64,000 bases of DNA from Tubulanus polymorphus (GCF_964204645.1 NC_134034.1:10986962-11050961), one strand, 5' to 3'; counted from the first letter of the stretch, positions 1-14,090 are shown. Translations and numbers: made by a program. Notes: generated by a model from the letters alone, not told the origin.

Positions 1-175
1 AGACGGATCCTCAGCAGACGGATCCTCAACAGACGGATCCTCAACAGATGGATCTCAGCAGACGGATCCTCAGCAGACGGATCTCAGCAGACGGATCCTC
101 AGCAGACGGATCCTCAACAGATGGATCTCAGCAGATGTATCCTCAGTAGACGGATCCACAGCAGACGGATCCTCA
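1..175. repeat. 15-bp minisatellite (CAGCAGACGGATCCT)n
   Basis: Direct tandem copies visible. Confidence 0.9.
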
Positions 176-394
176 TGAAGCTAGCTCTGTGCACGAATCA
201 GCGACCATTTTGTTTGAGTTTTTTATACCATTAATTTTTTTCGCGTATGATTCGACACGACTGGAAAACAACTCAACCGTGTCTATGAATCAAGCCGTTA
301 CCGTTAACGATGATGACAATGATTAGTTTACGTGCAGACGGACGGACAGACGGAAGTCAGTTCGAATATCATCGTGGCAACCATTGTTGCTTTA

Positions 395-559
395 GGGATC
401 ATTCATTAATTACGTACGCATGAAATTTGAATTTTTCAACCCCCCCTCCCCCTCAGTACGCAAAATCGGCCATTTTTTCGTATACATTAAGCATTACAGT
501 ACGCAATTGCACTGACCTCTCCCCCTCCCCTAATGTGTACGTAATAAATGAATGACCCC
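395..559. mobile_element. MITE, PIF/Harbinger-like
   Basis: TIRs GGGATCATTCATTAATTACGTAC and GTACGTAATAAATGAATGACCCC, flanked by TTA on both sides. Confidence 0.7.
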
Positions 560-1399
560 TTAACGTTTAATCTACCAAGTCTTTCAAGATGTCTGCATCT
601 ATAGAATCCCCCTATGACATCATCAAACGCCTAATGATTTGATCTATGAACCTTTCGGATAAGATGGCAGCATCTATAGAATCCCCCTATGACATCATCA
701 ATTGGCAAAGGATTTGAGAACCTTGCGTATATGATGGCAGCATCCATTGAATCCCCCTATGACATCATCAATTGGCAATGGATTTGACATACGAGCCTTC
801 TGGATAAGATGGCTGCTGAATTCCCCTATGATATCATTATTGTCTAATGAAAAGATGATCTTAAACTCGGTATCATAAATTCTAAACCAGGGCCACAGTT
901 GGACTAGTCACGACTATTAGAGCATTAGGGTGGCGCCACTGATGTGGAAAATGTGAAAAATTCTGGGAATAATGTAATTGACCACCTATTTCTTTATCGA
1001 TACGTGATTCAATGAAAAATGAATGAATTATAAGATTTTAAACCTAGAAATTTCTCTGATTCACTCGAGGAATTTTGTTCAATCGCACGGGAAAAATCTT
1101 AAGAAAACTGAAAATGTTACATTAACCCAGATTGAGGAGGAGGTGAATCCTTAAAACGACCAGGACGTCGTCTGAAATCTGATAACGTCGACGATTTTCC
1201 GTGAATTAAAGATTACGACTGAGTTGCAACGAGTCGTCCCGCGCTAATTCAATGGAAGACGATCTTCTTTGATGTGAAGAAAGCGTTCGACCAGCGCAGG
1301 ATTAGCCGGCGTCGTCACAATTTTTATATCTAGGGTGAAAGAGGACGCGCATTCAAAAAGGTGCACAGGAAAAAAAGATTCTGGGATCGGTGGATGCGG

Positions 1400-1810
1400 A
1401 GAGCTCGGAGAAGGACGGCAGAAAGAATCTCTGACACTTTCAGGATTCAAACTATCAATTGTCGGGGGTGGAGAGCTCAGAGAAGAACTGCAGAAAGAAA
1501 CTGTCACTGTCAGGATTCAAACTATCAAATGTCAGGGCTGGAGAGCTCAGAGAAGAACTACAGAAAGAATCTCCGTCACTGTTAGGATTCAAACTATCAA
1601 TTGTCGGGGCTGGAGAGCTCAGAGAAGAACTACAGAAAGAATCTCCGTCACTGTTAGGATTCAAACTATCAATTGTCGGGGCTGGAGAGCTCAGAGAATA
1701 ACTACAGAAAGAAACTCTGTCACTGTCAGGATTCAAACTATCAATTGTCTGGGCTGGAGAGCTCAAGGGTTGCAGAAAGAAACTGTGTTACTGTCAGGAT
1801 TCAAACTTGT
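1400..1810. repeat. ~72-bp tandem repeat, about 5.5 copies
   Basis: AGGATTCAAACT core recurs near 1441, 1511, 1583, 1655, 1727 and 1795. Confidence 0.9.
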
Positions 1811-2169
1811 AGCTATAGATCTAAGGCTGAGTGTGTTATTGATACAGCTAGACGGATGTAGTATGTGCGAGATAGTGTTCACAGAGAATGAGAGAAACTT
1901 GACAAACATCAATCCATATCAATCATTACAAACCAAAAACACAAGTGTCCGTGTCACTGGCAGCTCGTTCGCAGTCTCTCGCCGTAGATATCGCCGCGTT
2001 TCATCGATGTAATCGTACATGTTTTCGACCGAAACAATTCCCCGGACCTCGTGAATTAGCCGATACTAGTTTGACGTCCCGGTGGTATTGTCTGTCTATT
2101 AACGGTGTAGGAGTTAGATCCACGGGGAAGTGGCCAGCTGATAGATTGATTATCTATTAGAAATATCAA

Positions 2170-3225
2170 TCATGGGAAGGGGGAGTAGGGGGAGTAGGGG
2201 AAGAGATGGGAGGCAGGGGTGACAGATTGGAGGAGGGGGGTGGTAGATTGGAGGGAGGGGAGGGGTGATAGATTGGAGGGAGGGGAGGGGTGATAGATTG
2301 GAGGAGGGGGGTGGTAGATTGGAGGGAGGGGAGGGGTGATAGATTGGAGGGAGGGGAGGGGTGATAGATTGGAGGAGGGGGGTGGTAGATTGGAGGGAGG
2401 GGAGGGGTGATAGATTGGAGGGAGGGGAGGGGTGATAGATTGGAGGAGGGGGGTGGTAGATTGGAGGGAGGGGAGGGGTGATAGATTGGAGCGAGGGAGA
2501 GGGTGATAGATTGGAGGGAGGGGAGGGGTGATAGATTGGAGGAAGGGGGAGGGGTGATAAGTTGGAGGGAGGGGAGGGGTGATAGATTGGAGGGAGGGGA
2601 GGGGTGATAGATTGGAGGGGAGGGGTGATAGATTGGAGGGAGGGAGAGGGTGATAGATTGGAGGAAGGGGGAGGGGTGATAAGTTGGAGGGAGGGGAGGG
2701 GTGATAGATTGGAGGGGAGGGGTGATAGATTGGAGGGAGGGGAGGGGTGATAGATTGGAGGAAGGGGAGGGGTGATAAGTTGGAGGGAGGGGGAGAGGTG
2801 ATGGATTGGAGGAAGGGGGAGGGGTGATAAGTTGGAGGGAGGGGAGGGGTGATAGATTGGAGGGAGGGGAGGGGTGGTAGATTGGAGGGAGGGGAGGGGT
2901 GGTAGATTGGAGGGAGGGGAGGGGTGATAGATTGGAGCGAGGGAGAGGGTGATAGATTGGAGCGAGGGAGAGGGTGATAGATTGGAGCGAGGGAGAGGGT
3001 GATAGATTGGAGGGAGGGGGAGGGGTGATAAGTTGAAGGGAGGGGAGGGATGGTAGATGAAAGGGAATGGGGAGAGGTGATGGATGAGAATGGATGGGGA
3101 GGAGTGATTGATATGAAGGGAGGAAGGGGGGTGATAGATTAGAATGAAGGGGGTGATAGATGAGAATGGAAGAGGAGGGTGATAGATGAGAAGGGAAGGG
3201 AGGAAGGGATGATAGATTGGAAGAG
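2170..3225. repeat. G-rich ~25-bp minisatellite (GATAGATTGGAGGGAGGGGAGGGGT)n
   Basis: Strongly purine-biased tandem array; its Pro-rich ORFs are artefacts. Confidence 0.95.
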
Positions 3226-3439
3226 ACACCGGACACATGTCCTTCTCTCTTTTACGTCACGCACAGAAAATAATTCATCACTCACAAAATTACGGAAACA
3301 CTTAACGGCATACGTTTAAACGCTGCGTGCTGATTGGTCAATTACGTGATGCGTATACGCGGTATCTATCAATCTCTCGAAGGATGTAGAAATACAGCGA
3401 GAAATACGATTACGAGATCGCCAGCAGCGATGACAGGCA

Positions 3440-3800
3440 GCGTATGAGGGCCAGACAGATTGAGGGGCAGACAGAGTGAGGGGTAGACAGCGTGAGGGGT
3501 AGATAGCGTGAGGGGTAGACAGTGTGAGGGGTAGATAGCGTGAGGGGCAGACAGAGTGAGAGCCAGATGGACTGAGGGCCAGAGTAATGGTAGACTGCAT
3601 GAGGGACAGACAACGTGAGGGGCAGACGAGTGAGGGCCAGACAGAGTGATGGGTAAACAGCATGAGGGGCAGACAGAGTGATGGTAGACAGCGTGAGGGG
3701 TAGACAGAGTGAGGGGCAGATGAAAAGAGGGGCAGACAGTGTGAGGGGTAGACTGAGTGAGGGGCAGACAAATTGAAGGCCAGACAGTGAGGGCCAGATG
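3440..3800. repeat. Degenerate ~17-bp repeat (GTGAGGGGCAGACAGA)n
   Basis: Visible tandem copies. Confidence 0.85.
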
Positions 3801-4568
3801 AAATGAGGGAGTTTTTGAAATAGTAAATTATACTGAGCCTTGTTGATAAAATCATAGTAAACAATAGCGAAGTAAAAACTTGAATCAACAGTTTTTCGTT
3901 ATTTGAGGGTTTTGTTGTAATAGAATTGCCGAATGACGCGGTCCTGATAGACGGTTCAGATCGGACAGTTTTATTGATGGTATATCGAAACGTGGAGACA
4001 GGCCGCGATAGGGCGGCTGCGCTCTTAAAATCGAATTCGTAGAAAAGATATCCGCGTATCGCCCGAGGGACGGCGTGTAGCGACAATAAATGCCAGTAAA
4101 ACATCGTCGTCGATGGCGATGTGAATGAGAACACTTTACGTTCGTTTAGATCTGCGTTTATATCCGTCGAGGCCGACGCCGCTCCTCGAAACCGTCGACG
4201 TAAAATTGATGAAACGCCGCGGCGTTAACACACGACGCGCAGGACCGCGACGATAGCAACCTCTCGAAGAAATAATAACCGAAGGGAGTTGTCACGACGA
4301 TGGAAGGGAGCAGGAGGGAGCGGGGTGTAAAGGTGGTCGAGGGGGGGGGTATACGGGCTGTAACAGGAAATTAAAAGTGCAGCGCTGCGCAGCGCGATGT
4401 ATTAAAGAAGCGATGTATGAATTGACTCGGGAGGAGTTGAATTGACTCCGGCACCGGCTAATGAACAGGAATATATAGAACATGAAGACGCTTACAGTTA
4501 ACAGTTGACTCTAGAAGAGCTATGGGAACCATCTGACCCATCAGGAACCCGTCCGGCAGTCACCCACG

Positions 4569-5020
4569 ACACATAGCATCCCTACGACTCCTTGATTCCT
4601 CATGAACTCCTTTCAAAACCGAAAGTGCTTTTAAAGGTGCTTCAAATCCTTCTGTTTTAGCAAAATGCTTGAAACTCAGGACACATAGCATCCATTTGAC
4701 TCCTTGATTCCTTATGAACTCCTTTCAAAACCGAAAGTGCTTTTAAAGGTGCTTAAAATCCTTTTATTTTAGCGAAATGCTTGAAACTCAGGACACATAG
4801 CATCCCTTTGACTCCTTGATTCCTTATGAACTCCTTTCAAAACCGAAAGTGCTTTTAAAGGTGCTTAAAATCCTTCTATTTTAGCGAAATGCTTGAAACT
4901 CAGGACACATAGCATCCCTTTGACTCCTTGATTCCTTATGAACTCCTTTCAAAACCGAAAGTGCTTTTAAAGGTGCTTAAAATCCTTCTATTTTAGCGAA
5001 ATGCTTGAAACTCCTTTAAA
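4569..5020. repeat. 112-bp tandem repeat, 4 copies
   Basis: ACACATAGCATCC recurs at 4569, 4681, 4793 and 4905. Confidence 0.92.
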
Positions 5021-5929
5021 ACTCTATTTTTTAGACATAAGCAAATAGAAATGTTCGTAGTTGTACAGCGAACTAACACCTGACTCATTACAGTTTGGAC
5101 CTGGTGTTTTTTAGAAACTGAGCTATATTGTGTAAAGGATAAAAATTTGCTTACTAAACCACTGAAATAATGGTTTAACGAGATAAACAGTACCGATTTA
5201 GGAGGAGTCTACAGTAATTGGGATACATGAAAGTGATGCAGACGCTTCCTCGAAATTTGACATTTACTCCTTTCAAACTGCTTGAAAACTCTTTATATCC
5301 AGGAATAATTGATCTGTAGGGACCCTGATGACTCAAGTTACAAAGGACTCAGTTCCCCAAGATCCAGTTCTCTGGACTGGGCTCCAAAGTTCACATCCAG
5401 TTTACATTTGACCCCTCCCACCTGAACTGAGTTATCTGAACCCGGTGAAATTTGTTGGTCAAAGGTTAGAATATGCTTAACCTTAATCTGAAGATTGAGG
5501 AGCAGCCTGAGGGTGTGGATTGTTTGTAGTGGAATATAGACCCCCGAGGTTAGTCGGGAGTTTGACGGATCTTGAACGGAAAAATCTAATAAACTATTGT
5601 CGTATTTTTTGATCATGTGTTTTTGCGTCGCGTATTAATACGGATTATGGTCGATGGTTGCTTCGTGGAGAGCTCGGTAATTGTCTGACTAGCTATCTTT
5701 ATCTCTCTACTCTCTCTTTCACTCTCTCTCTCTCTCTTGATCCTCGGGGAAATTAACTGTAATTCTTCCGGTTCGGTTACCCCCTGGTGTCGTGTTCAGC
5801 TATTGTGTAAGGTGTCCGGACGATCTATCATCCTGCGCTGATCGCGTTGTAAATCCATACGGCTGCTGCTGGCAGACGGCCCGACCGCCGGCAGAAACAT
5901 CGACCATTTTACCAACGAATATATGATTA

Positions 5930-6480
5930 TATTGGTTTGATACAGTTTGATGCACAGGATCATATGGGTTTGATACAGTTTGATGCACAGAATCATTTGG
6001 GTTTGATACAGTTTGATACACAGAATCATTTGGGTTTGATACAGTTTGATGCACAGAATCATTTTGGTTTGATACAGTTTGATACACAGAATCATTTGGG
6101 TTTGATACAGTTTGATATACAGGATCATTTGGGTTTGATACAGTTGTTTGTTATGAGATTTGTTACAGTTTGATGCACTGAATCATTTGGGTTTGATACA
6201 GTTTGATACTCTGAATCATTTGGGTTTGATACAGTTTGATACACTGAATCATTTGGGTTTGATACAGTTTGATATACAGGATCATTAGGGTTTCATACAG
6301 TTGTTTGTTATGAGATTTGTTACAGTTTGATACACTGAATCATTTGGGTTTGATACAGTTTGATACAAAGAATCATTTGGGTTTGATACAGTTTGATGTA
6401 CGGTTGTTTGTTATGAGATTTGATACAGTTTTAAACACAGTATGGATTATATGGGTTTGATGTATGTGGTATCATCTGGG
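5930..6480. repeat. 33-bp tandem repeat (TTTGATACAGTTTGATGCACAGAATCATTTGGG)n
   Basis: Visible tandem copies. Confidence 0.9.
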
Positions 6481-8701
6481 TCCAGTTCCACAGTTCCGAG
6501 TTAAGATTTGACCCAGAGTTTACTCATTGAAAATGAACTATTGTTACTCAAGAGTTAACTCTACCTCACAACTGTGGAACTGGGTCCAGGGTTTAATAAA
6601 TGTGTCATGGGACTTGATACAGTTAGATACATGGTGATCTGCGTGTTTGATACAGTTGAAAACAGTTTGATGCCTTACTTATTTTTAATAACACCCCTAA
6701 CATTCTTACTGGAAATTTCAAAACTGAAAATTGGCATTACCGCGATATTGGTCGGGCCAGTTTCATATGAACTGTCACATTAGTTAGCCCTGCGTGTGCC
6801 GTATTATTTTTGAAATTGAGACATGAGTCGTATTAGTTTTCTGTCATGTAATCGAATGGATTACAAATGTCAAACGACGAAATGCGTCTCAATCGATTAC
6901 AGTATGTTCTGACGTTGCCGAGATAACTGCCGCTTCAAGATCTACATATAACGACGTTGACCCATTAACGCGCTCTTGTTTAACGCCGCGTTTTCGTGAC
7001 AAACAGATTTGTGACTCTTTGCTGCAACACGGGTTGAATAACGGATGATTATCCATAGACTCTTGTGTCACTTCATAGAGTTTATGATTTATCTTAAGAT
7101 ACAGTCTTGTTTAACCCCTTCCTGCCGTACGCGGTTGCTCTGACGATATCGAATTTTCCTTTAACCTCATTTAATAGCGGTAAGGTGGTGTCCTCTAAAA
7201 ACTAACTTCAATTGACATTCATCATTGATGAAACATCCCCCTCGAATTTTTGGAAATTTTTGAAAAACGTAACTTTGAAAGATGGGTTCTGCGAGCCTCA
7301 AGAGTACCAAATTGAGACAAATCATGTTATGTTTAAAAAAGCAAAATGATGGACGAAATTAAGCGAGGAGAGAACATTGGGACGACCTGGTTCTGTCGCC
7401 CTTTTGATATAGTCATCTCCAGAATATGGTTGAAATGTTGAATAAACTACAAACTCGCGGAAACATTTCAAACTATATTTTTCATTCTTCGCGTCTGATT
7501 TTCTATGTAAACAGTTTAACAGGTGATATTTCGGTCGAAGATTGTATTTTCATCGAGGAAGTAAAAAATTGAAAACGTGCCGCTGCAAAACACCTAAATC
7601 CGGCCACAGTTATCAGAGTTAAACGCTCGTCACAGTACTCAGAAACGGACAATATTGTCTTGTTATCACAACCTTGTTTAACGCCATGTTTTTCTGATAA
7701 ATCGTTTGATAAACAGAAGATATTCGTTCGTCAAACATGGTGGCTTTCGTGTGACAAAACAAAGAGACCCCATTAACGCAGCCTCGTTTGACACCGTGTA
7801 TTCTCTGTATCCGCCGCGTGCAAACACGAAACGGAAGACGAGCGATTTATTTTATTTCCCCGAAGATTTCCCGAATTGAATCCGCGTCATCGATTCATTC
7901 TCGGCGACGCGTCGGCAATTGTTGGAGAATCGCGCGGTTGTTGCCGCGGTAGTGGTTCGATAGAATAAATTACGCCGATTCGGTCGCCGCGGTTTATCGA
8001 AAAAAAGTTTGTCGGAATTTTTCGGTTATAATAAGTTCAACAATTTTCAATTGATGTTAATCCTCGAAAAGTTCATAACAAAGCAGTTAAAATCGAAATT
8101 TTGGTTAAGTTTCTTCAGGTTATAGGCGTTTGAAGTGCAGCGACATGATTTACTGAATGACGTTTTTTTTTTAATCTTTGAATATCACATTTCTTATGAA
8201 ATTGAAGTAAATTCGCCGCAGCAACGTATAAGAACCTGTCAAAAATCGACGATTGGCCGCAGCTATCAAAAATTGCTTCCAACGCGCCTGGTTTTAAGTT
8301 GACACTATTTGAAACGTGAAACTGTGACCAGGAGCGAATTTCACGATAAGGAAATTAAAAGTCATAGCTAATGACAGCCTTAGAACTTGTTCGTGAATAA
8401 ATTTTTGTGCCATTACGTAGTTCAAACTGGAACTTAAAGCTTCTGAATAGCAGCTATCAGCTGATTATTAGCTTAAAGGGGTCCACAACGCTGAGAAACG
8501 CCGAAATTATGACCAGTCATTGCTAACGACAGCCTTCTCATGAACTCGGCAATTAGAACTATTAGTGAAATCAGATGCCAGAATTCTCATCCATTGATTA
8601 GTCGGTGTAGATAGGTCTCATCCAGTGATTAGTCGGTGTAGATAGGTCGTCCTTGAATATGTTTCATGTTGGCAGATTGACAGACGGACCGGAATATACC
8701 C

Positions 8702-8702
<1 letters not shown>

Positions 8703-8760
<58 letters not shown>
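8703..8760. repeat. (TA)n microsatellite
   Basis: Perfect dinucleotide run. Confidence 0.98.
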
Positions 8761-8762
<2 letters not shown>

Positions 8763-9154
8763 CAATATGCGATTATTGATTGATTGTTGATGCGTCTTGT
8801 GGACAATAATAAAGTTTCCGTGACGACCATTTATTAAGCTTTTACCGCGGCCACGAGGACGCCGACGACGACGACTTATTGTCGAGTTCCGTCTGTTCGT
8901 GAGTTACGTCTGCTGGCTGTGAGTTGCATCTCGCTGCTGGTGACTGTCTCCGCACTCCACGACGACGCTACATCGGCTTATTGCTTTTATATACAACACT
9001 CCAGAGACTGTTAACGGTGATGGAAAAAAGTGTCGCGCGCCGTTTCGAAAAAAAAAAAAAATCGGTGATTTATCGACGCGACTGAAAAAAAGGTGCAGAG
9101 AATTGCGGTGATTATTGAGAATTTATGAGTTTCGGTAAAAATTGCAGCCAATCT

Positions 9155-9490
9155 CAGTAAGAGACAGAGTTTACTGTATTCATCAAACTCTTACTCAACT
9201 TAACCGCAGTAAGAGACAGAGTTTACTGTATTCATCAAAATCTTACTCAACTTAACCGCAGTAAGAGACAGAGTTTACTGTATTCATCAAACTCTTTCTC
9301 AACTTACCCACAGTAAGAGACAGAGTCTATTTTCACAAACTCTTACTCAGTATTTGACACAAACTCGGGGTAGAATTTTACCGGTCTCAATTTTACCGCA
9401 GTAAGAGACAGAGTCTACTGTATTTTCACAAACTCTTACTCAGTATTTGACACCAACTCGGGGTAGAATTTTACCAGTCTCAATTTTACC
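9155..9490. repeat. ~52-bp tandem repeat (CAGTAAGAGACAGAG...)
   Basis: About 5 copies with internal variants. Confidence 0.85.
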
Positions 9491-9552
9491 CGACCCTTGC
9501 AGTTTTTTTAGATCTGTTGTTGAGGTTATGATATCCAGTGATAGTTAGCCTA

Positions 9553-9595
<43 letters not shown>
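9553..9595. repeat. (CTG)n trinucleotide repeat
   Basis: About 14 perfect units. Confidence 0.95.
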
Positions 9596-9596
<1 letters not shown>

Positions 9597-10147
9597 CTTA
9601 AGAAGTTGTTGTTCCAATCTTTCGTCTCCCGTTACTTTCCGTCATTTTCTGCCTTCGAACGAAGACTTTAAAAGAGAAGCGAATCTCGGTGATTTTTTTT
9701 TTGTCGTCTTCATCGTCGACTGATGGTTTTATAGCGTGACGATAACGCAGCGATGAACTCTCCCCTCCTCCCTCCTCCCTCCTCCCCACTCCCCCTCACC
9801 ACTCCCCCTCACCCTCCCCGGTGGGGATTGTAATGTCCACTGCAGGCAATCATCGCGTCTTAGATGTTTTTCCGCTGTTCTGTAAATGGCTTTTTTCGTG
9901 TCGATCGACACTTATTGAACTCCCTGAGAAATTTAGTTAACGCCGTTATTCGACCTCTACAGTTAGATGTTTTTAGATCTCGAGGCTCACAAACAAATTT
10001 TTACTGAAGCTTATCAAAGCTTATCAAAGCTTATCGAAGCTTATTTGAAGGAATTCCTGAATGGACACGACATCACCGCGTAACCACATTATACCTACTT
10101 TACGATTCAGTTCAAATCTTGATTGATCCTTGAATAAGGCATGCCGA

Positions 10148-10419
10148 CAGTGGCGGATCCAGGTGGGGGTGTACACGGTGTGCCCCCTGCCCCCCCCCCC
10201 ACATATTTTTTGCGGAGCTAATGTATATAAAAAACTAGTTTGCTGGATACTAGCCCCGAATTTGAATCGCGTAACGGAATATTGATTGATCAAGTGAACT
10301 AGTTTTCTTTCTATTATATCGCAAAACTACGCTCAGAAAGCACCCCCCCCCCCTAAATGGCTGAAACATCCAATTGCCTTAATTTGTGCCCCCTTTTTCA
10401 AAATGTTGGATCCGCCCCT
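10148..10419. mobile_element. MITE with CAGTGGCGGATCC / GGATCCGCCCCT termini
   Basis: Terminal inverted repeats; related ends near 33602, 39270 and 42780. Confidence 0.6.
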
Positions 10420-11192
10420 TGCTTACGTGACAATTTTTGCCCCCTGTAATGGGACCCTTAATACCGCCAGGCAGAAACATACCATGTCACAGCTGCAGGT
10501 ATGTTGTATGACACTGTTACAAGAGACACGATAGAATAGCTGAGGGTGTAAGGTCCCGTTATTCTTTGTACTGTACTTGTATGTATTTCGGAACTGTTTT
10601 AAGTTCATTTGTTTGACGACTGAAATACCGGGTCTAGGGCTAGATTTTAAACGTTATCTACGACTGAGTTAAGAATCTAAGACTGTTCAGCTGTTCGTCT
10701 AGTGTTCCTTCAGAAGAACGGAGCTTAATCGGGACGGAATTTGATATATCGCGGAGAATTTGAGATTTTACAGATCTGTCTCGTTGCGGAGACACCGAGG
10801 AGTGTGAGATACAGAGAGAGAGATAAGGGAGAAAGAAGAGACCGGCGGGGGAGAGAGGAGAAAGAGAGGGAGACATTTCAATCACTTTCTCAATCTCCTA
10901 GTTGAGATGGGATCATGCGATTAGTTGATATTGACATTTGGGAGGTGGATCCAGTCCCTGTCACTCACAACTCACTGAAATTCCAGTGGATTTCAGTTTT
11001 CGTTTTGAATATATTGCAACCTAACAGGGGCTGCAGTTGCTGTAAAGTTAGAAATGTGTTTTGTAAACGTTCGGTCGACCCAACGATTAATCTTAATCAG
11101 GGGCTGCAGTTGCTCAAAAGTTGGTTTGAGTAAACCAGTGGATAGTTGACATAGTGATAATTAAAAAGTTTATTGTTACTATGGTATCAATC

Positions 11193-11327
11193 TGGGGCTG
11201 CATTTGCTGAAAAGTTGGTTAGGGTTAATCAGCGGATAGTTAACATAGTGACGATTAAAAAGTTAACTTCACTATGGTAATCATTCCACTGGTTATCTTT
11301 TACCAACTTTTAAGCAACTGCAGCCCT
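11193..11327. mobile_element. Palindromic MITE family (GGGCTGCA.TTGC...GCAACTGCAGCCC); other copies near 58500-58610 and 59690-59833
   Basis: Long inverted repeats, dispersed copies. Confidence 0.65.
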
Positions 11328-11357
11328 GTGCATTTACTAATAATGCCTATGATGATG

Positions 11358-11560
11358 ACTCTCTCTCTCTCTCTCCCTCTCTCTCCCTCTCTCTCCCTCT
11401 CTCTCCCTCTCTCTCCCTCTCTCTCCCTCTCTCTCCCTCTCTCTCTCCCTCTCCCTCTCCCTCTCCCTCCCTCCCTCCCTCCCTCCCCTCCCTCCCCTCC
11501 CTACCTACCTCCCTCTCTCCCTCCCTCTCTCTCTCTCTCTCTCTCCCTCTCCCTCTCTCT
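11358..11560. repeat. CT-rich low-complexity tract
   Basis: (CT)n/(CCCT)n run. Confidence 0.95.
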
Positions 11561-11689
11561 CAGTGATCACTGTTCTCTTCTAGTTGCTATAAAGTCGTAA
11601 TAAGGCAATTTCTCGAGCAATTCACGTTACGTTTAAAGAGAGATTCTCATGCATAAAATATACACGAGTCTTTGATGAACAGCACTTCA

Positions 11690-14090
11690 CTGAATACAGA
11701 CATCACAGACAATATCTCCTCGGGTACCTGCAGCTGTGAGGTGAATACAAACAATACCTCGGGTACCTGCAGCAGTGAGGTGAATACAGACAATACCTCC
11801 TCGGGTACCTGCAGCGGTGAGGTGAATACAAACAATACCTTCTCGGGTACCTGCAGCGGTGAGGTGAATACAGACAATACCTCCTCGGGTACCTGCAGCG
11901 GTGAGGTGAATACAAACAATACCTCGGGTACCTGCAGCAGTGAGGTGAATACATACAATACCACCTCGGGTACCTGCAGCAGTGAGGTGAATACAGACAA
12001 TACCTCCTCGGGTACCTGCAGCGGTGAGGTGAATACAAACAATACCTCCTCGGGTACCTGCAGCGGTGAGGTGAATACAAACAATACCTCCTCGGGTACC
12101 TGCAGCAGTGAGGTGAATACAGACAATACCTCGGGTACCTGCAGCGGTGAGGTGAATACAGACAATACCTCCTCGGGTACCTGCAGCGGTGAGGTGAATA
12201 CAGACAATACCTCCTCGGGTACCTGCAGCGGTGAGGTGAATACAAACAATACCTCGGGTACCTGCAGCAGTGAGGTGAATACATACAATACCTCCTCGGG
12301 TACCTGCAGCAGTGAGGTGAATACAGACAATACCTCCTCGGGTACCTGCAGCGGTGAGGTGAATACAAACAATACCTCCTCGGGTACCTGCAGCGGTGAG
12401 GTGAATACAGACAATACCTCCTCGGGTACCTGCAGCGGTGAGGTGAATACAAACAATACCTCCTCGGGTACCTGCAGCGGTGAGGTGAATACAGACAATA
12501 CCTCCTCGGGTACCTGCAGCGGTGAGGTGAATACATACAATACCTCCTCGGGTACCTGCAGCTGTGAGGTGAATACAAACAATACCTCGGGTACCTGCAG
12601 CAGTGAGGTGAATACATACAATACCTCCTCGGGTACCTGCAGCTGTGAGGTGAATACAGACAATACCTCCTCGGGTACCTGCAGCGGTGAGGTGAATACA
12701 GACAATACCTCCTCGGGTACCTGCAGCCGTGAGGTGAATACAGACAATACCTCCTCGGGTACCTGCTGCGGTGAGGTGAATACAAACAATACCTCCTCGG
12801 GTACCTGCAGCAGTGAGGTGAATACATACAATACCTCCTCGGGTACCTGCAGCAGTGAGGTGAATACAGACAATACCTCCTCGGGTACCTGCAGCGGTGA
12901 GGTGAATACAAACAATACCTCCTCGGGTACCTGCAGCGGTGAGGTGAATACAGACAATACCTCCTCGGGTACCTGCAGCGGTGAGGTGAATACAGACAAT
13001 ACCTCCTCGGGTACCTGCAGCGGTGAGGTGAATACAAACAATACCTCCTCGGGTACCTGCAGCGGTGAGGTGAATACAGACAATACCTCCTCGGGTACCT
13101 GCAGCGGTGAGGTGAATACAAACAATACCTCCTCGGGTACCTGCAGCAGTGAGGTGAATACAAACAATACCTTCTCGGGTACCTGCAGCGGTGAGGTGAA
13201 TACAGACAATACCTCCTCGGGTACCTGCAGCAGTGAGGTGAATACAAACAATACCTTCTCGGGTACCTGCAGCGGTGAGGTGAATACAGACAATACCTCC
13301 TCGGGTACCTGCAGCGGTGAGGTGAATACAAACAATACCTTCTCGGGTACCTGCAGCGGTGAGGTGAATACAAACAATACCTTCTCGGGTACCTGCAGCG
13401 GTGAGGTGAATACAAACAATACCTCCTCGGGTACCTGCAGCGGTGAGGTGAATACAGACAATACCTCCTCGGGTACCTGCAGCGGTGAGGTGAATACATA
13501 CAATACCTCCTCGGGTACCTGCAGCTGTGAGGTGAATACAAACAATACCTCGGGTACCTGCAGCAGTGAGGTGAATACAGACAATACCTCCTCGGGTACC
13601 TGCAGCGGTGAGGTGAATACAGACAATACCTCCTCGGGTACCTGCAGCGGTGAGGTGAATACATACAATACCTCCTCGGGTACCTGCAGCTGTGAGGTGA
13701 ATACAAACAATACCTCGGGTACCTGCAGCAGTGAGGTGAATACATACAATACCTCCTCGGGTACCTGCAGCGGTGAGGTGAATACAAACAATACCTCCTC
13801 GGGTACCTGCAGCAGTGAGGTGAATACATACAATACCTCCTCGGGTACCTGCAGCAGTGAGGTGAATACAGACAATACCTCCTCGGGTACCTGCAGCGGT
13901 GAGGTGAATACAAACAATACCTCCTCGGGTACCTGCAGCGGTGAGGTGAATACAGACAATACCTCCTCGGGTACCTGCAGCGGTGAGGTGAATACAGACA
14001 ATACCTCCTCGGGTACCTGCAGCGGTGAGGTGAATACAGACAATACCTCCTCGGGTACCTGCAGCAGTGAGGTGAATACATACAATACAT
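11690..14090. repeat. 2.4-kb minisatellite with a 42-bp unit and 39-bp variants, roughly 57 copies
   Basis: Unit TCGGGTACCTGCAGCGGTGAGGTGAATACAGACAATACCTCC; accounts for four overlapping ~800-aa ORFs. Confidence 0.98.

Noticed and set aside
2150-3238. Extensin-like proline-rich ORFs
   Set aside because: Translation of a G-rich minisatellite with frame-shifting unit lengths.
3316-4134. 272-aa minus-strand ORF
   Set aside because: Half of it is repeat-derived and the rest has no recognisable similarity or clear splice structure.
8870-9015. Signal-peptide-like frame (LRLLAVSCISLLVTVSA) as PLXDC exon 1
   Set aside because: No in-frame ATG (upstream TAA) and no suitable phase-1 donor.
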